Program-made: the position numbers and the translations under genes
Shown here: one piece after another, positions 28,520 to 37,905 of the stretch
How positions within the stretch are numbered: the first letter of the stretch is position 1
Layout of the letters: every line of letters starts with the position of its first letter
Notes under the pieces: generated by a model
What the model was told of the DNA's origin: nothing
Seen by the model: the letters and a program-made list of their open reading frames with translations, nothing else
The model's database searches: none
DNA from: Kiritimatiellia bacterium
GTDB lineage: Bacteria; Verrucomicrobiota; Kiritimatiellia; RFP12; UBA1067
Assembly (NCBI GenBank): GCA_050949565.1
Contig: JBMNFY010000017.1
Location: 736,001 to 800,000, forward strand
Direction of reading: 5' to 3'
DNA length: 64,000 nt

Positions 28520-30729
28520 ACGTGAGAAAAGGGTTCACACTCATCGAAATGCTGGTCGCCGTGGCAGTCATGTCGCTCACCATTACCGCTGCGGTGGGGC
28601 TCTGGATTCTCTTCATGTATAAGACGCACCGCGCCAGAACCCAGGCCGAACTGGACATGGATGTGCGCAACGTGATTGAACGTTTCCGCACCGAGGTCCG
28701 TAACACGGCGCGCGAGACCATCGTCTTCTACCCCGGACAGCGCGAGCCCTATGAGGCCGTAAGTTTTGCCCTAGCCGCTGACGATGACGGCGACGGATTG
28801 ATGGACATGGACGCGGGCGGCACGAATATCCTGTGGCGTCAGACAGTGGTCTACCACGTCTGGAACCGTTCGCCGTACCAGATGCGCCGCACTCTCTTCC
28901 GCAACCGGAATCCGGACGCCTCCTACGCCGACCGTTACAATCAGGTGGCTGCGGTCGTCATGAGCGGCGAGGGCGAAGGAGCCTGTCTGGCCGGAGAGAG
29001 CGCAACCACCTCGGTCATGTTCCAAAACCTGCACACCGGCCGCCTGTGGCATGCCACCGCACGCTTCGACGGCTACGCGCCCCGGCCGAACGTTTCTGAA
29101 AAAATCACCTTCGGCAGCCTGCCGCTCGCACCGGGCGCCCACAAGGTGAATTTCAAGATTGTCGGCAAAAACCCCGACTCCTCCGCGCGCCGCCTGCGCC
29201 TGGATCAGGTGTCCGCCAGTATTTCGGGCTGGCCGGTGGAGGCTGAACTGTGCAGCACGGAGGGTGTCAACGCCGGCCCCTTCTTCGTGGGGCAAGGTCT
29301 CAGCTCCGCCGCCTATGGACTGACCGCCGCCACTGCGGCGGAAGGCGATACACTCTCGCTGACGCTTTACAACGACATGATTGAGGAGTGCATTTTCATC
29401 GGCGACGGGCGCCATGTGACCTTCTCCAACACCGTGGTGCGCTTCGATATGACCAATGCGCCTGCGCCTTTCCGCGACGGCGTCTACGTAGCCAAGTTGG
29501 AGGGCCAGTACAGAACCGCCTGGTGGGGCAGTGTCCAAGCGGCGATGCACAACAATCCGGACCATGAGGGCCGTGACCACTCCGCCAGCGAGGATTATCT
29601 ATTCAAACCAGCCACGAATTATGCGATCCGCATTCCGGTCTTCGGCGAGTATGTCCGAGCCGACGGATTCGGACCTGTCTTCCGGATGTACAAGTCGCAC
29701 TACAACGGCGGCTTGCAGATCTATGACCCAGCCTATGCGGTGACCACCAATATGACAGGGCCCTCGATCGAAAGTGATGTGCCACTGCAACGTCTGAGTT
29801 TCTGGCAGAACGGTGTCAAAAAAGCTGACTGGGCTTCCTGCGACCGAGGCGGTGTGGACCTGCGGCCAGATGGTCCACTGCACCCGGTTCCCTTCGGGCA
29901 GAGCTTCATGTTCTCCTGCCGCATGGTGCCCACGGAGCCCACTTGGCCCGCCAACAATAACGCGATCCGCGCGATCAAAATCACCCCGCCGTCCGGCAAA
30001 GAGTGGACCTGCTGGGCACTGCCGGGGGCGACCGCAGCCAACGCCATGCAGAATGACTGGTCAGGGCTCGGCGCGCAACAGCTCTATTATAGCGAGGGGG
30101 CTACCGCGAACATGGCCATCTTGCCAGGACTGGTCTGCATGACTGTCAACTACGCGGAGGAGGGCGCATATACCTCGACCGTCTTTGACACGCGCGATGA
30201 AAAAGGAACGACCAAGTCGGTGTCGTGGGAGGTGGATACGCCTGCCGGATCGGCTTTCAAGCTTTACGCGCGCGGCGGCAACATACGGACGGCTGACGGC
30301 TTCGGTATTATGGATGCCGCTGACTGGCAGAGCGCCACTGAGGTGGCGAATGGTGGCGGTTTCGTAGGCAGCAACGGACGATATGTCCAGTTTCGTTGCG
30401 TCTTTGCGGCGCAACAGGCCCGCACCTATCCGGCGGGAAGCAGCACGGGCGGCGTGATCGGTACGGGCCCCTACTGCCGCGATACACCGCGCGTGAGGCG
30501 CGTATGCTTCAACTGGCCCGGTGCCGAGAAGTACGTGGACATATCGGCGACGATACTGAAAGGCCCGGATTGCGGAACTTTCGCGGTAGATGTGGACGGG
30601 CGCGAGCTGGTGCAGGGCGTCACGATGGAGATCGAGATTTTCAAGGACATACGTACCCAGTCGGGGCGGCGCGAGCGTGTACGCTCGGCGATGATGGCTG
30701 AAGTCGAACCGCGCAACAGCGGCAAATGA
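28516..30729 (+). CDS. Very large minor pilin (PilW-like, about 737 aa)
   Basis: G|FTLIE site; long beta-rich body. Confidence 0.8.
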   Translation: MNVRKGFTLIEMLVAVAVMSLTITAAVGLWILFMYKTHRARTQAELDMDVRNVIERFRTEVRNTARETIVFYPGQREPYEAVSFALAADDDGDGLMDMDAGGTNILWRQTVVYHVWNRSPYQMRRTLFRNRNPDASYADRYNQVAAVVMSGEGEGACLAGESATTSVMFQNLHTGRLWHATARFDGYAPRPNVSEKITFGSLPLAPGAHKVNFKIVGKNPDSSARRLRLDQVSASISGWPVEAELCSTEGVNAGPFFVGQGLSSAAYGLTAATAAEGDTLSLTLYNDMIEECIFIGDGRHVTFSNTVVRFDMTNAPAPFRDGVYVAKLEGQYRTAWWGSVQAAMHNNPDHEGRDHSASEDYLFKPATNYAIRIPVFGEYVRADGFGPVFRMYKSHYNGGLQIYDPAYAVTTNMTGPSIESDVPLQRLSFWQNGVKKADWASCDRGGVDLRPDGPLHPVPFGQSFMFSCRMVPTEPTWPANNNAIRAIKITPPSGKEWTCWALPGATAANAMQNDWSGLGAQQLYYSEGATANMAILPGLVCMTVNYAEEGAYTSTVFDTRDEKGTTKSVSWEVDTPAGSAFKLYARGGNIRTADGFGIMDAADWQSATEVANGGGFVGSNGRYVQFRCVFAAQQARTYPAGSSTGGVIGTGPYCRDTPRVRRVCFNWPGAEKYVDISATILKGPDCGTFAVDVDGRELVQGVTMEIEIFKDIRTQSGRRERVRSAMMAEVEPRNSGK

Positions 30730-30751
30730 CGCAAACAGACAGGAGGTGGAT

Positions 30752-31861
30752 ATGACACGCAAACAACGGCAAAAGGGCGCGGCCCTGATCATTGTACTCG
30801 GAATCATTGCGGTGGTAACCATCGCTGCCGGTGCGATGAGCTACACGGCCAACCAGCAGATGCACGCAGCGAGGGTTACACGTGAAACACTCAAGGCGCG
30901 TCTGATCGCGGAGTCGGGCCTCAACAAGGCCTACAACGAGGTCAGGAGCGACTTCTCGAAGATCAGCAGTTGTGCCCAAAGCGGTACGTTTGGGGATGGT
31001 ACGTATGCAGTGCGGACCGTCACGTCCCTAGGGGGAAACCCCAACCGGACTCAGATTATCTCGGAAGGACGTTGCGGAATCGGCAGGGCTACGGTGTCGG
31101 CGGACCTAGAGAATATTCCGCTCGTAACCAGCGAAGACGGTAGTAGCGTGTACTTCTTCCCGCTCGATTACGACCTGCTGGTGGGCGGGGAACTGCAGTT
31201 TAAAGGAGACTCGGAGGCGGGGTTCACGGCCATTTTCGCCAATGGAAAGCTCACGGTGACCGGCGACGCGGATTTTACCGATCCGGTATCGCTCAGTAGT
31301 GCCTTGACGGTCATCGTCAAGCACCCCAAAAAAATCACAGGGAGCTACGAGACGAATGAGAATCAGCCTCCGGAGGCGATCGCAACTGAAGCGCTGACCG
31401 CAGCGATCAATGCACTCAAGGCGTACGCGCAGAAAAACGGTGCGGTCTACGCCTCGGGCGCCGATATCCCGGAAAACCCACCCGGCGGGATCGCGTACTG
31501 TACAGGCAGCTCAGATGGCTGGAGCAAGAAAGGCAAAGGCTGCTTCATCTTTGAAGGCGAAGTGAGTGCGCAAGGCAGCGGTGTCGACATAGAGTCCATC
31601 GACGGCTTTCCAGCGCTGATCGTATTGAGCGCTTCTGAGGTCCACTTCAATTCGGGAGCGGAGATCCACGGCGCGATTCTGATACCGAACGGGAGCCTCA
31701 AAGTCAATGGTCATGCGGAGATCCACGGCGTGATCTTGGTTGGCCAGTCCGCAATCTTCAACGGCACGGCCGATTTCTTCGCGGGAGAGGGCGGGCAAGG
31801 CTTTGCGTTGCCGCCGGAGGAGAGCACCACGGACAATGTCGTCATCACCGCATGGCACTAA
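30752..31861 (+). CDS. PilX/PilK-like minor pilin
   Basis: G|AALII with no Glu5; ARLIAESG; beta-helix-like C-terminus; AGGAGG RBS. Confidence 0.8.
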   Translation: MTRKQRQKGAALIIVLGIIAVVTIAAGAMSYTANQQMHAARVTRETLKARLIAESGLNKAYNEVRSDFSKISSCAQSGTFGDGTYAVRTVTSLGGNPNRTQIISEGRCGIGRATVSADLENIPLVTSEDGSSVYFFPLDYDLLVGGELQFKGDSEAGFTAIFANGKLTVTGDADFTDPVSLSSALTVIVKHPKKITGSYETNENQPPEAIATEALTAAINALKAYAQKNGAVYASGADIPENPPGGIAYCTGSSDGWSKKGKGCFIFEGEVSAQGSGVDIESIDGFPALIVLSASEVHFNSGAEIHGAILIPNGSLKVNGHAEIHGVILVGQSAIFNGTADFFAGEGGQGFALPPEESTTDNVVITAWH

Positions 31862-31897
31862 ACCGGATCACGTGAAGGATGCCGCAAGAGGGGCGTA

Positions 31898-33001
31898 ATG
31901 GCATACGCGAAGATTCCAGAAAAAGAAGCATCGCTGCTGGTGAGAGCCTTGGGGCTGCTGGTGAGTCAGGCCGGCATTTACGGGCCTACGCATAATGTTA
32001 CCCAGCGTGCCGCGCGCAGTGTGTTCGCGGAGTTGGATGCGATTGTCAGGCGTTACGGCGCGATTGAAATCGTGCTAAAAGACGACCGTCTGCTCTTGAA
32101 CGGCTCGTTGGACGGCATGGATGCCACATCGGCCAGGAATCTGCTTGACCGCATGATCATGCACAAAATCGGCGGACTGCTTTTCCTGCCGCCGGTCGAC
32201 CGCGATGAGTTTCTCGTCTGCATCGCTCTATTCGGCACGCCGCCCGCCACGCTAGTGGAGGAGAAAGGAGGCTTCGAGGCTGCGCTAAAACAGGCCAACC
32301 TGCGCAGCATACAGGCCGTGGAGGTGGCCTACCAGCGCGTCTCTGACCCCGACCGCCCTGAGCCTTCGGTCGTCACGCCGCCTGCATCCATCATTGCCGA
32401 CGTTGAAGACTTGGCGGCCGCTTGGGCGCGTAATTTCAGCATGCAGAACGGGGTGTCTGACGAACCTACGGCATCGGCCGAGACACGGCAGAGCCGCGCC
32501 CAGCAACTGGCTGTCCTGCTGCGCGAAACCGCCTCAGTGCTGGAACACGACTTGGATCTGGACAGTGACCAACGGCGACAACAGATTCTAGAGGCCATCG
32601 TCCGGATCCGCGAGGCGTTGGCGGAGGTTACCCGGGAATCGGAACGTCACATCGCCGCTTTGGCGGATCAGGTGGACGCCGACCGCCAGACCATCGCCAG
32701 CATCGAATCCGCTGCACGGCGGCGCGGCCTCGGTATCCGGCTGACGCGTGCCGAACTGGTGGAGCGCTATGCGGAACTGAATCAAGAGATCATCCAACCG
32801 CTGACCGTCTCGACCGGTGTGATCGACATGCTCGGTTCCGGTAATGCGGGACCGCTCACCCCCTCGCAGCACGATATGTTGCGCCTCGCCGCCGAAAGCA
32901 TTGAGCGCGTCAACCAACTCGTTGCCTACATGCGCCGCATTGCGGGCCTGCCCACCAGCCTGACGCCGGATATGGATGTGATCGACGACACCTACCGCTG
33001 A
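31898..33001 (+). CDS. Hypothetical protein with a degenerate HisKA-like C-terminus (NQEIIQPLT)
   Basis: YGPTH N-terminus like that of HD-GYP/HEAT-associated proteins; Gln at the phospho-His position. Confidence 0.55.
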   Translation: MAYAKIPEKEASLLVRALGLLVSQAGIYGPTHNVTQRAARSVFAELDAIVRRYGAIEIVLKDDRLLLNGSLDGMDATSARNLLDRMIMHKIGGLLFLPPVDRDEFLVCIALFGTPPATLVEEKGGFEAALKQANLRSIQAVEVAYQRVSDPDRPEPSVVTPPASIIADVEDLAAAWARNFSMQNGVSDEPTASAETRQSRAQQLAVLLRETASVLEHDLDLDSDQRRQQILEAIVRIREALAEVTRESERHIAALADQVDADRQTIASIESAARRRGLGIRLTRAELVERYAELNQEIIQPLTVSTGVIDMLGSGNAGPLTPSQHDMLRLAAESIERVNQLVAYMRRIAGLPTSLTPDMDVIDDTYR

Positions 33002-33024
33002 GCGCGCGGGGCGCGCTCAGCGGA

Positions 33025-33243
33025 TTTAGGAGTTGGGAGTTAGGATTTAGGAGTTTAACGCAGAGGCGCAGAGACGCAGAGGTTTCTTTTTTTGGGGGGG
33101 ATCGGGTTTTTGAATCCACAGATTACACAGATTACACAGATTTTTTGAGGGATGGCATGGCTCGGGTTTTTGGAACCGCCAAGACGCCATGAACGCCAAG
33201 GGCACCCCTAGTTTTCATGAAGTTTCATGTGTTTCATGGTTTC
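33025..33243 (+). repeat. Array of four different triple-9-mer modules with shared linkers, preceded by a 7-mer tract
   Basis: (CGCAGAG..)3, (CACAGATTA)3, (CGCCAAG..)3, reversed (CATGAAA..)3. Confidence 0.85.
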
Positions 33244-33350
33244 AATAGACACGTTGTTGCGGGCGAGGACGCCCGCGCTCCCGGCTCTCTGCTCCCCTTT
33301 TCACCAGAAACGCATTGTCTTCGCACACCCCTGTCACTAACCGGATTACG

Positions 33351-33695
33351 TCAGTTGGACGGTAGCGCGTGCTCATAACCCGCAGCAGCGGTATAATCGC
33401 AAGACGGGTTGGCATCCGCGTCGCCGACCGTGTAGACGCCGCCAGCCGGGCATTTCGGCTCGACCTTGATGTATCTTTCATTCCCGAACAGGTCGCCTGA
33501 AGTAACACCGCCGTTGGCCATAAGCGACTGATCCTTCGCGTTCTGGATCTGCTTGAGGTTCACGATACAGGCGTTCTGGCGCGACTTTTTGCGTGACAAG
33601 AGGTAATTCGGGATGGCGATCACGGCCAAGATGCCGATGACCGCAACCACGGTCATGATTTCAACGAGCGTGAAACCCTTGCGGTTCTTTTTCAT
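33351..33695 (-). CDS. pilA: Type IV major pilin, paralogue 1
   Basis: MKKNRKG|FTLVEIM; three Cys; has its own sigma54 promoter. Confidence 0.88.
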   Translation of the reverse strand: MKKNRKGFTLVEIMTVVAVIGILAVIAIPNYLLSRKKSRQNACIVNLKQIQNAKDQSLMANGGVTSGDLFGNERYIKVEPKCPAGGVYTVGDADANPSCDYTAAAGYEHALPSN

Positions 33696-33724
33696 GGGCG
33701 TCCCTTCTTTCCTCTTTGACTCGG

Positions 33725-33739
33725 GCAAAATCTGTGCCA
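33725..33739 (-). promoter_or_regulatory. sigma54 promoter TGGCAC-AGATT-TTGC
   Basis: Consensus -24/-12 about 30 bp upstream of pilin 1. Confidence 0.85.
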
Positions 33740-33786
33740 AGAGAGTAACATGAGCAAGATGCCTGTGCACACCTGCAAGCGAGAGG

Positions 33787-33861
33787 TTTTTTCGAGGGAA
33801 TCGAAAGAGTCGAATGATTCGATTCCATCGATTCTCTCGGTTCCATCGGCGGTTTTATGCC
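33787..33861. repeat. About 75-bp TCGA 9-periodic element; inverted copies at 36289-36362 and 39399-39472
   Basis: Reverse-complement alignment by eye. Confidence 0.8.
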
Positions 33862-33927
33862 ACACGTTGCCGCACTGTGACGGAGAAGCCGAGCGGAGGA
33901 CTTTTACTCTCACCGCCGCGGGCCGCA

Positions 33928-33965
33928 AATAAAAAGAGGGCGTCCCCTGCAGGACGCCCTCCTTT
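33928..33965 (-). terminator. Intrinsic terminator after pilin 2
   Basis: 10-bp stem GAGGGCGTCC/GGACGCCCTC followed by a U-tract on the minus strand. Confidence 0.85.
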
Positions 33966-33979
33966 ATCACGCGCCTTCG

Positions 33980-34351
33980 TTATGGAGTCGGCGTAGCGGC
34001 GGCTGGTTCCGGGATCTTGTGTTCATAGCCCGCAGCAGCAGCGTAGCTACAGGTCGGGTCGGTATCCGCATCGCCGAGGGTATATGCGGTATCAGGCTGG
34101 GCCGGGCAGCGCGGCTCGACCTTGATGTACTTTCCAGCTCCGAACAGGTCAGCGGCTGTAACGCCTTGGCCAGCCAGCAGCGACTGCTCCTTCGCGCCCT
34201 GAATCTGCTTCAGGTTTGCGATGCAGGCGTTCATGTGCGACTTCTTGCGCGACAAGAGGAAGTTCGGGATGGCGATCGCGGCCAGAATGCCGATGATCGC
34301 AACCACGATCATAATCTCAACGAGCGTGAAGCCCTTGCGGTTCTTTTTCAT
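33980..34351 (-). CDS. pilA: Type IV major pilin, paralogue 2
   Basis: MKKNRKG|FTLVEIMIVVAIIGILAAIAIP; long 5' leader and a terminator. Confidence 0.92.
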   Translation of the reverse strand: MKKNRKGFTLVEIMIVVAIIGILAAIAIPNFLLSRKKSHMNACIANLKQIQGAKEQSLLAGQGVTAADLFGAGKYIKVEPRCPAQPDTAYTLGDADTDPTCSYAAAAGYEHKIPEPAAATPTP

Positions 34352-34423
34352 GACTTGTCCTTTCTTTTCTCTAACGTTAGTTGTCGATCAACCGGCATCC
34401 TGTCGGTTTGCGACTCATATTGA

Positions 34424-34438
34424 GCACAACCTGTGCCA
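34424..34438 (-). promoter_or_regulatory. sigma54 promoter TGGCAC-AGGTT-GTGC
   Basis: -24/-12 upstream of pilin 2 and downstream of pilR. Confidence 0.8.
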
Positions 34439-34795
34439 AGAGAGAGTGAATAACGAATAACTAATAACGAATAGCGGGGAGAAGTAACAAGTCATAGGTA
34501 AGAGGTGAGAGGCAGTAAGCAATAGGTAGTGGGCAGTAGGCAGTAGGCAGCTGGGCAGTGGGCAGTGGAGGCGTTTACTTGCACGACGGCGTGAACGCCG
34601 TCCACAGGACTGGGGCGTGTTTTTGAGGCAGTGCTTTTAGACTCGCCGGTGCGGGCCACTGCGTGGTCGCAACAATCGCTCCCGACCACTCCTATATCCC
34701 AAATCCCAAATCCTAAATGTTAAATGCTTCCGTGCGCAGCTCGGAAGCCGAACTTCTCAAAAGTGATAGCTTTTTGCAAAAACGACAAGGAAATC

Positions 34796-36169
34796 TTATT
34801 TTTCGGCGGGTACGGGGTCTTCGGCCAGCTTGCGATAGAGGGTCGCCAGACTTACTTGGAGGGTCTGGGCAGCCTTCTCCTTGTCGCCGTTAGTGGAGGC
34901 GAGGATCTGTTCCAGATACTCTTTTTCCTTAGCCTTCAGAAAGCCTTTGAGCGAGGTGTTGGCTTGCACCGGGGCGGAGGTTTGCTGCGCCTTGGCTTCA
35001 CTGGCGCGGGTAACGATGCGCGGCGGCAACAGATCCGGGGTGATGGTATCGGACTGCAGGAAGGTCACAGCGTGCTTGATAGCGTTTTCCAATTCACGGC
35101 CGTTACCGGGCCAAGCGTAGGCCACGAGCAGATCGGCGGCTTCTTGCGAAAGCGTGGGCTGGACCTCCGTGCCGGCGGTTTCGGTGCGAATGAAGTGGCG
35201 CGCGAGCGGCAGAATGTCCTCGGGACGATCGCGCAGGGCCGGTATGTCGAGGGTGATGACCGCCAAGCGATAGTAGAGGTCGGCACGGAAGGCGCCTTGG
35301 GTGACAAGTTGCTCCAAGTTGGAGTTACTGGCCGCGATCACGCGCACATCGACCGGAATATTTGTATTGCCGCCGACACGCCGGATCTCCTTTTCCTGCA
35401 AGACGCGCAACAGTTTGCCTTGCAACTGCAAGGGCAACGAAGAGATTTCGTCAAGGAAGAGCGTACCGCCGTCGGCGGTCTCGAAGAGCCCCTCTTTGTC
35501 GACGACCGCCCCGGTGAAAGACCCCTTGACGTGGCCGAACATCTCCGATTCCAGCAAGTTTTCGGGCAACGCGGCACAGTTCACTGCCACCCACGGCTTC
35601 TCTTTACGGGGGCTGGTGTTGTGGATCGTGCGCGCAATGACCTCCTTGCCGGTGCCGCTTTCGCCGTTGATCAACACGGTGGCAGCGGTAGGGCCGACGC
35701 GCTGGATCATCTCGCAGACCTGCAACATGGCGCTGTTAGCGGCGATAAGGTTTTCAAATTGGTAGCGCAGCGGGGCGTTGGGGTCGGCAACGGCGGCGGC
35801 CGCATTCTTGGAGGATTCGATGGCGCGCTTGACGATGTCCAGCATTTCATCGACCTTGAAGGGCTTCGAGAGATAGTCGAACGCGCCGTTTTTCAAGGCC
35901 TCGATGGCAGTTTCAACCGAGGCATAGGCCGTGAGCAGGATCACGGGGAGGTCGGGCTGGAGCTTCTTGATCTCCTTAAAAAGCTCCAGGCCGTCCATCG
36001 GCGACATGCGCAGATCAGTGATGACCAAGTCAAAAGTGTCACTCTTGACGGCATCTAATGCGCTGTTGCCGTCTTTGGCCGTGACAACGTCATAGCCGTT
36101 TGCCTTGAGCAAACTCTGCAACAGCAACAGAATACGCGCTTCATCATCTACGATCAGAATTTTGGGCAT
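34796..36169 (-). CDS. pilR: sigma54-dependent response regulator (NtrC/PilR family), copy 1
   Basis: REC domain; GESGTGKE; GSFTGA; WPGNGREL; Fis-type HTH. Confidence 0.88.
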   Translation of the reverse strand: MPKILIVDDEARILLLLQSLLKANGYDVVTAKDGNSALDAVKSDTFDLVITDLRMSPMDGLELFKEIKKLQPDLPVILLTAYASVETAIEALKNGAFDYLSKPFKVDEMLDIVKRAIESSKNAAAAVADPNAPLRYQFENLIAANSAMLQVCEMIQRVGPTAATVLINGESGTGKEVIARTIHNTSPRKEKPWVAVNCAALPENLLESEMFGHVKGSFTGAVVDKEGLFETADGGTLFLDEISSLPLQLQGKLLRVLQEKEIRRVGGNTNIPVDVRVIAASNSNLEQLVTQGAFRADLYYRLAVITLDIPALRDRPEDILPLARHFIRTETAGTEVQPTLSQEAADLLVAYAWPGNGRELENAIKHAVTFLQSDTITPDLLPPRIVTRASEAKAQQTSAPVQANTSLKGFLKAKEKEYLEQILASTNGDKEKAAQTLQVSLATLYRKLAEDPVPAEK

Positions 36170-36209
36170 AACCGTGATCCCAACTCCAATTCACACTCAA
36201 TGGGCGGTA

Positions 36210-36238
36210 ATTATAGGGAAAATGGGTGTGAAAGGCAA
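36210..36238 (-). promoter_or_regulatory. sigma70 promoter of pilR copy 1 (TTGCCT-N17-TATAAT); duplicate at 39320-39348
   Basis: Perfect -10 box and 17-bp spacer, 40 bp upstream of ATG. Confidence 0.75.
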
Positions 36239-36387
36239 GGATGGGCACGCACGCGTGACGGAACGCGAGTGCCTGATTAAACGCGCAAGGCATAAAACCG
36301 TCGGGAAAATCGAAAAAATCGATGGGATCGAATCTTTCGAATCTTTCGATTCTCTCGAAAAACAATTCCCGCTCAGGGCGACCGCCC

Positions 36388-37473
36388 CTAGTTGATCACG
36401 GTGCTGAGCTTGAAGATCGGCAGGTACATGGCGATCACGATGCCGCCGATAATAATACCTAGAAAGACCATGAGCATCGGCTCCATCAGTGACGTCAAGG
36501 CGGCAAGTGTCGATTCGACCTCGTCGTCGTACGTGTCGGCGACGCTATCGAGCATTTCATCGATGCGGCCGCTCTTCTCGCCAGCAGCGATCATGCGGAC
36601 CATAAGAGTCGGCAGGTAGGGCTTGCCCTCCAGTGACGTACTGAGGCTGTCGCCCTGTTCAATGCCTTCGCGGGCGGCTAGGATCGAGCCCTCGATCACT
36701 TTGTTGCCGATGGAGAGGGCCACGACCTGCATGGCGTCGAGAATCGGCACGCCGCTGACCAGCATTTGTGCGAAGAGGCGGCTGAAGCGTGCGATGGCGA
36801 CCTTCTGTACCAGCTCGCCGAAGACCGGCAACCTGAGAACAAGCGCGTCGTACTGATAGCGTCCCGCCTTGGAGGCTTTCCACTTGCGGAACGCGAAGAC
36901 GATCACCACAATAGCGGGAAACACCACATACCAATATTTCCGGATGAAGTCGCTCATGTTGACCAGCATGCGGGTCGGCCCCGGCAATGCGGAGCCGAAG
37001 CCCTCGAACATTTCCGCGAAGACCGGCACCACGAAGGTGATCAAAGCACCGGCGATGATCAGTGCGATCGTAAGCACGATAACCGGGTAAGCCATGGCTG
37101 ACTTGACCTTGCGCACCAGCCTTGCGGATGCGTCCAGCATGGCGGCCAAGCGCCTGAGTACAGGTGCGAACTGGCCGCTCTTCTCGCCGGCGGCGACCAT
37201 ATTGAGGTACATGTCATCGAAGATCTGGGGGAAGTGCCGCAGTCCGTCAGAAAAGGGCATGCCACTCTCGATGCTCTCGCGCAACACGCGCAGCACGCGC
37301 TTGAAACCCGGATGCGCACATTGATCTTCCAGGGTCGAGACGGCTGCCAGAATCGACATGCCGGCGTTCAGCATGCTGGCGGTCTGCCGGGTGAAGGGGA
37401 TCAGCTCGTTCTTGAGGATTTTTTTGACGCCGCTGACGCGGAGAGTGGGAATCTTTGATGTTTTCGCTGACAT
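36388..37473 (-). CDS. pilC: Type IV pilus platform protein, copy 1
   Basis: Two T2SSF repeats (AGEKSG); MYLPIF ending. Confidence 0.92.
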   Translation of the reverse strand: MSAKTSKIPTLRVSGVKKILKNELIPFTRQTASMLNAGMSILAAVSTLEDQCAHPGFKRVLRVLRESIESGMPFSDGLRHFPQIFDDMYLNMVAAGEKSGQFAPVLRRLAAMLDASARLVRKVKSAMAYPVIVLTIALIIAGALITFVVPVFAEMFEGFGSALPGPTRMLVNMSDFIRKYWYVVFPAIVVIVFAFRKWKASKAGRYQYDALVLRLPVFGELVQKVAIARFSRLFAQMLVSGVPILDAMQVVALSIGNKVIEGSILAAREGIEQGDSLSTSLEGKPYLPTLMVRMIAAGEKSGRIDEMLDSVADTYDDEVESTLAALTSLMEPMLMVFLGIIIGGIVIAMYLPIFKLSTVIN

Positions 37474-37546
37474 GCAGAGACCTTTCCTGAAAATTATTCG
37501 CTACCGGTGACTTCAAGGGCGGCACGCAGGGAAGTACTCATATTGA

Positions 37547-37561
37547 GCACAACCTGTGCCA
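37547..37561 (-). promoter_or_regulatory. Duplicated pilin sigma54 promoter, now upstream of pilC copy 1
   Basis: Identical to 34424-34438. Confidence 0.75.
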
Positions 37562-37905
37562 AGAGAGAGTGAATAACGAATAACTAATAACGAATAGCGG
37601 GGAGAAGTAACAAGTCATAGGTAAGAGGTGAGAGGCAGTAAGCAATAGGTAGTGGGCAGTGGGCAGTAGGCAGTGGGCAGTGGAGGCGTTTACTTGCACG
37701 ACGGCGTGAACGCCGTCCGCAGGACTGGGGCGTATTTTTGAAGCAGTGCTTTTAGACTCGCCGGTGCGGGCCACTGCGTGGCCGCAACAATCGCTCCCGA
37801 CCACTCCTAAATCCCAAATCCTAAATGTTAAATGCTTCCGTGCGCAGCTCGGAAGCCGAACTTCTCAAAAGTGATAGCTTTTTTGCAGAAACGACAAGAA
37901 AACTC

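Noticed and set aside
33351-34351. Shufflon or diversity-generating retroelement acting on the pilins
   Set aside because: No invertase or reverse transcriptase nearby, both pilins are complete and co-oriented, and no adenine-specific pattern was apparent.
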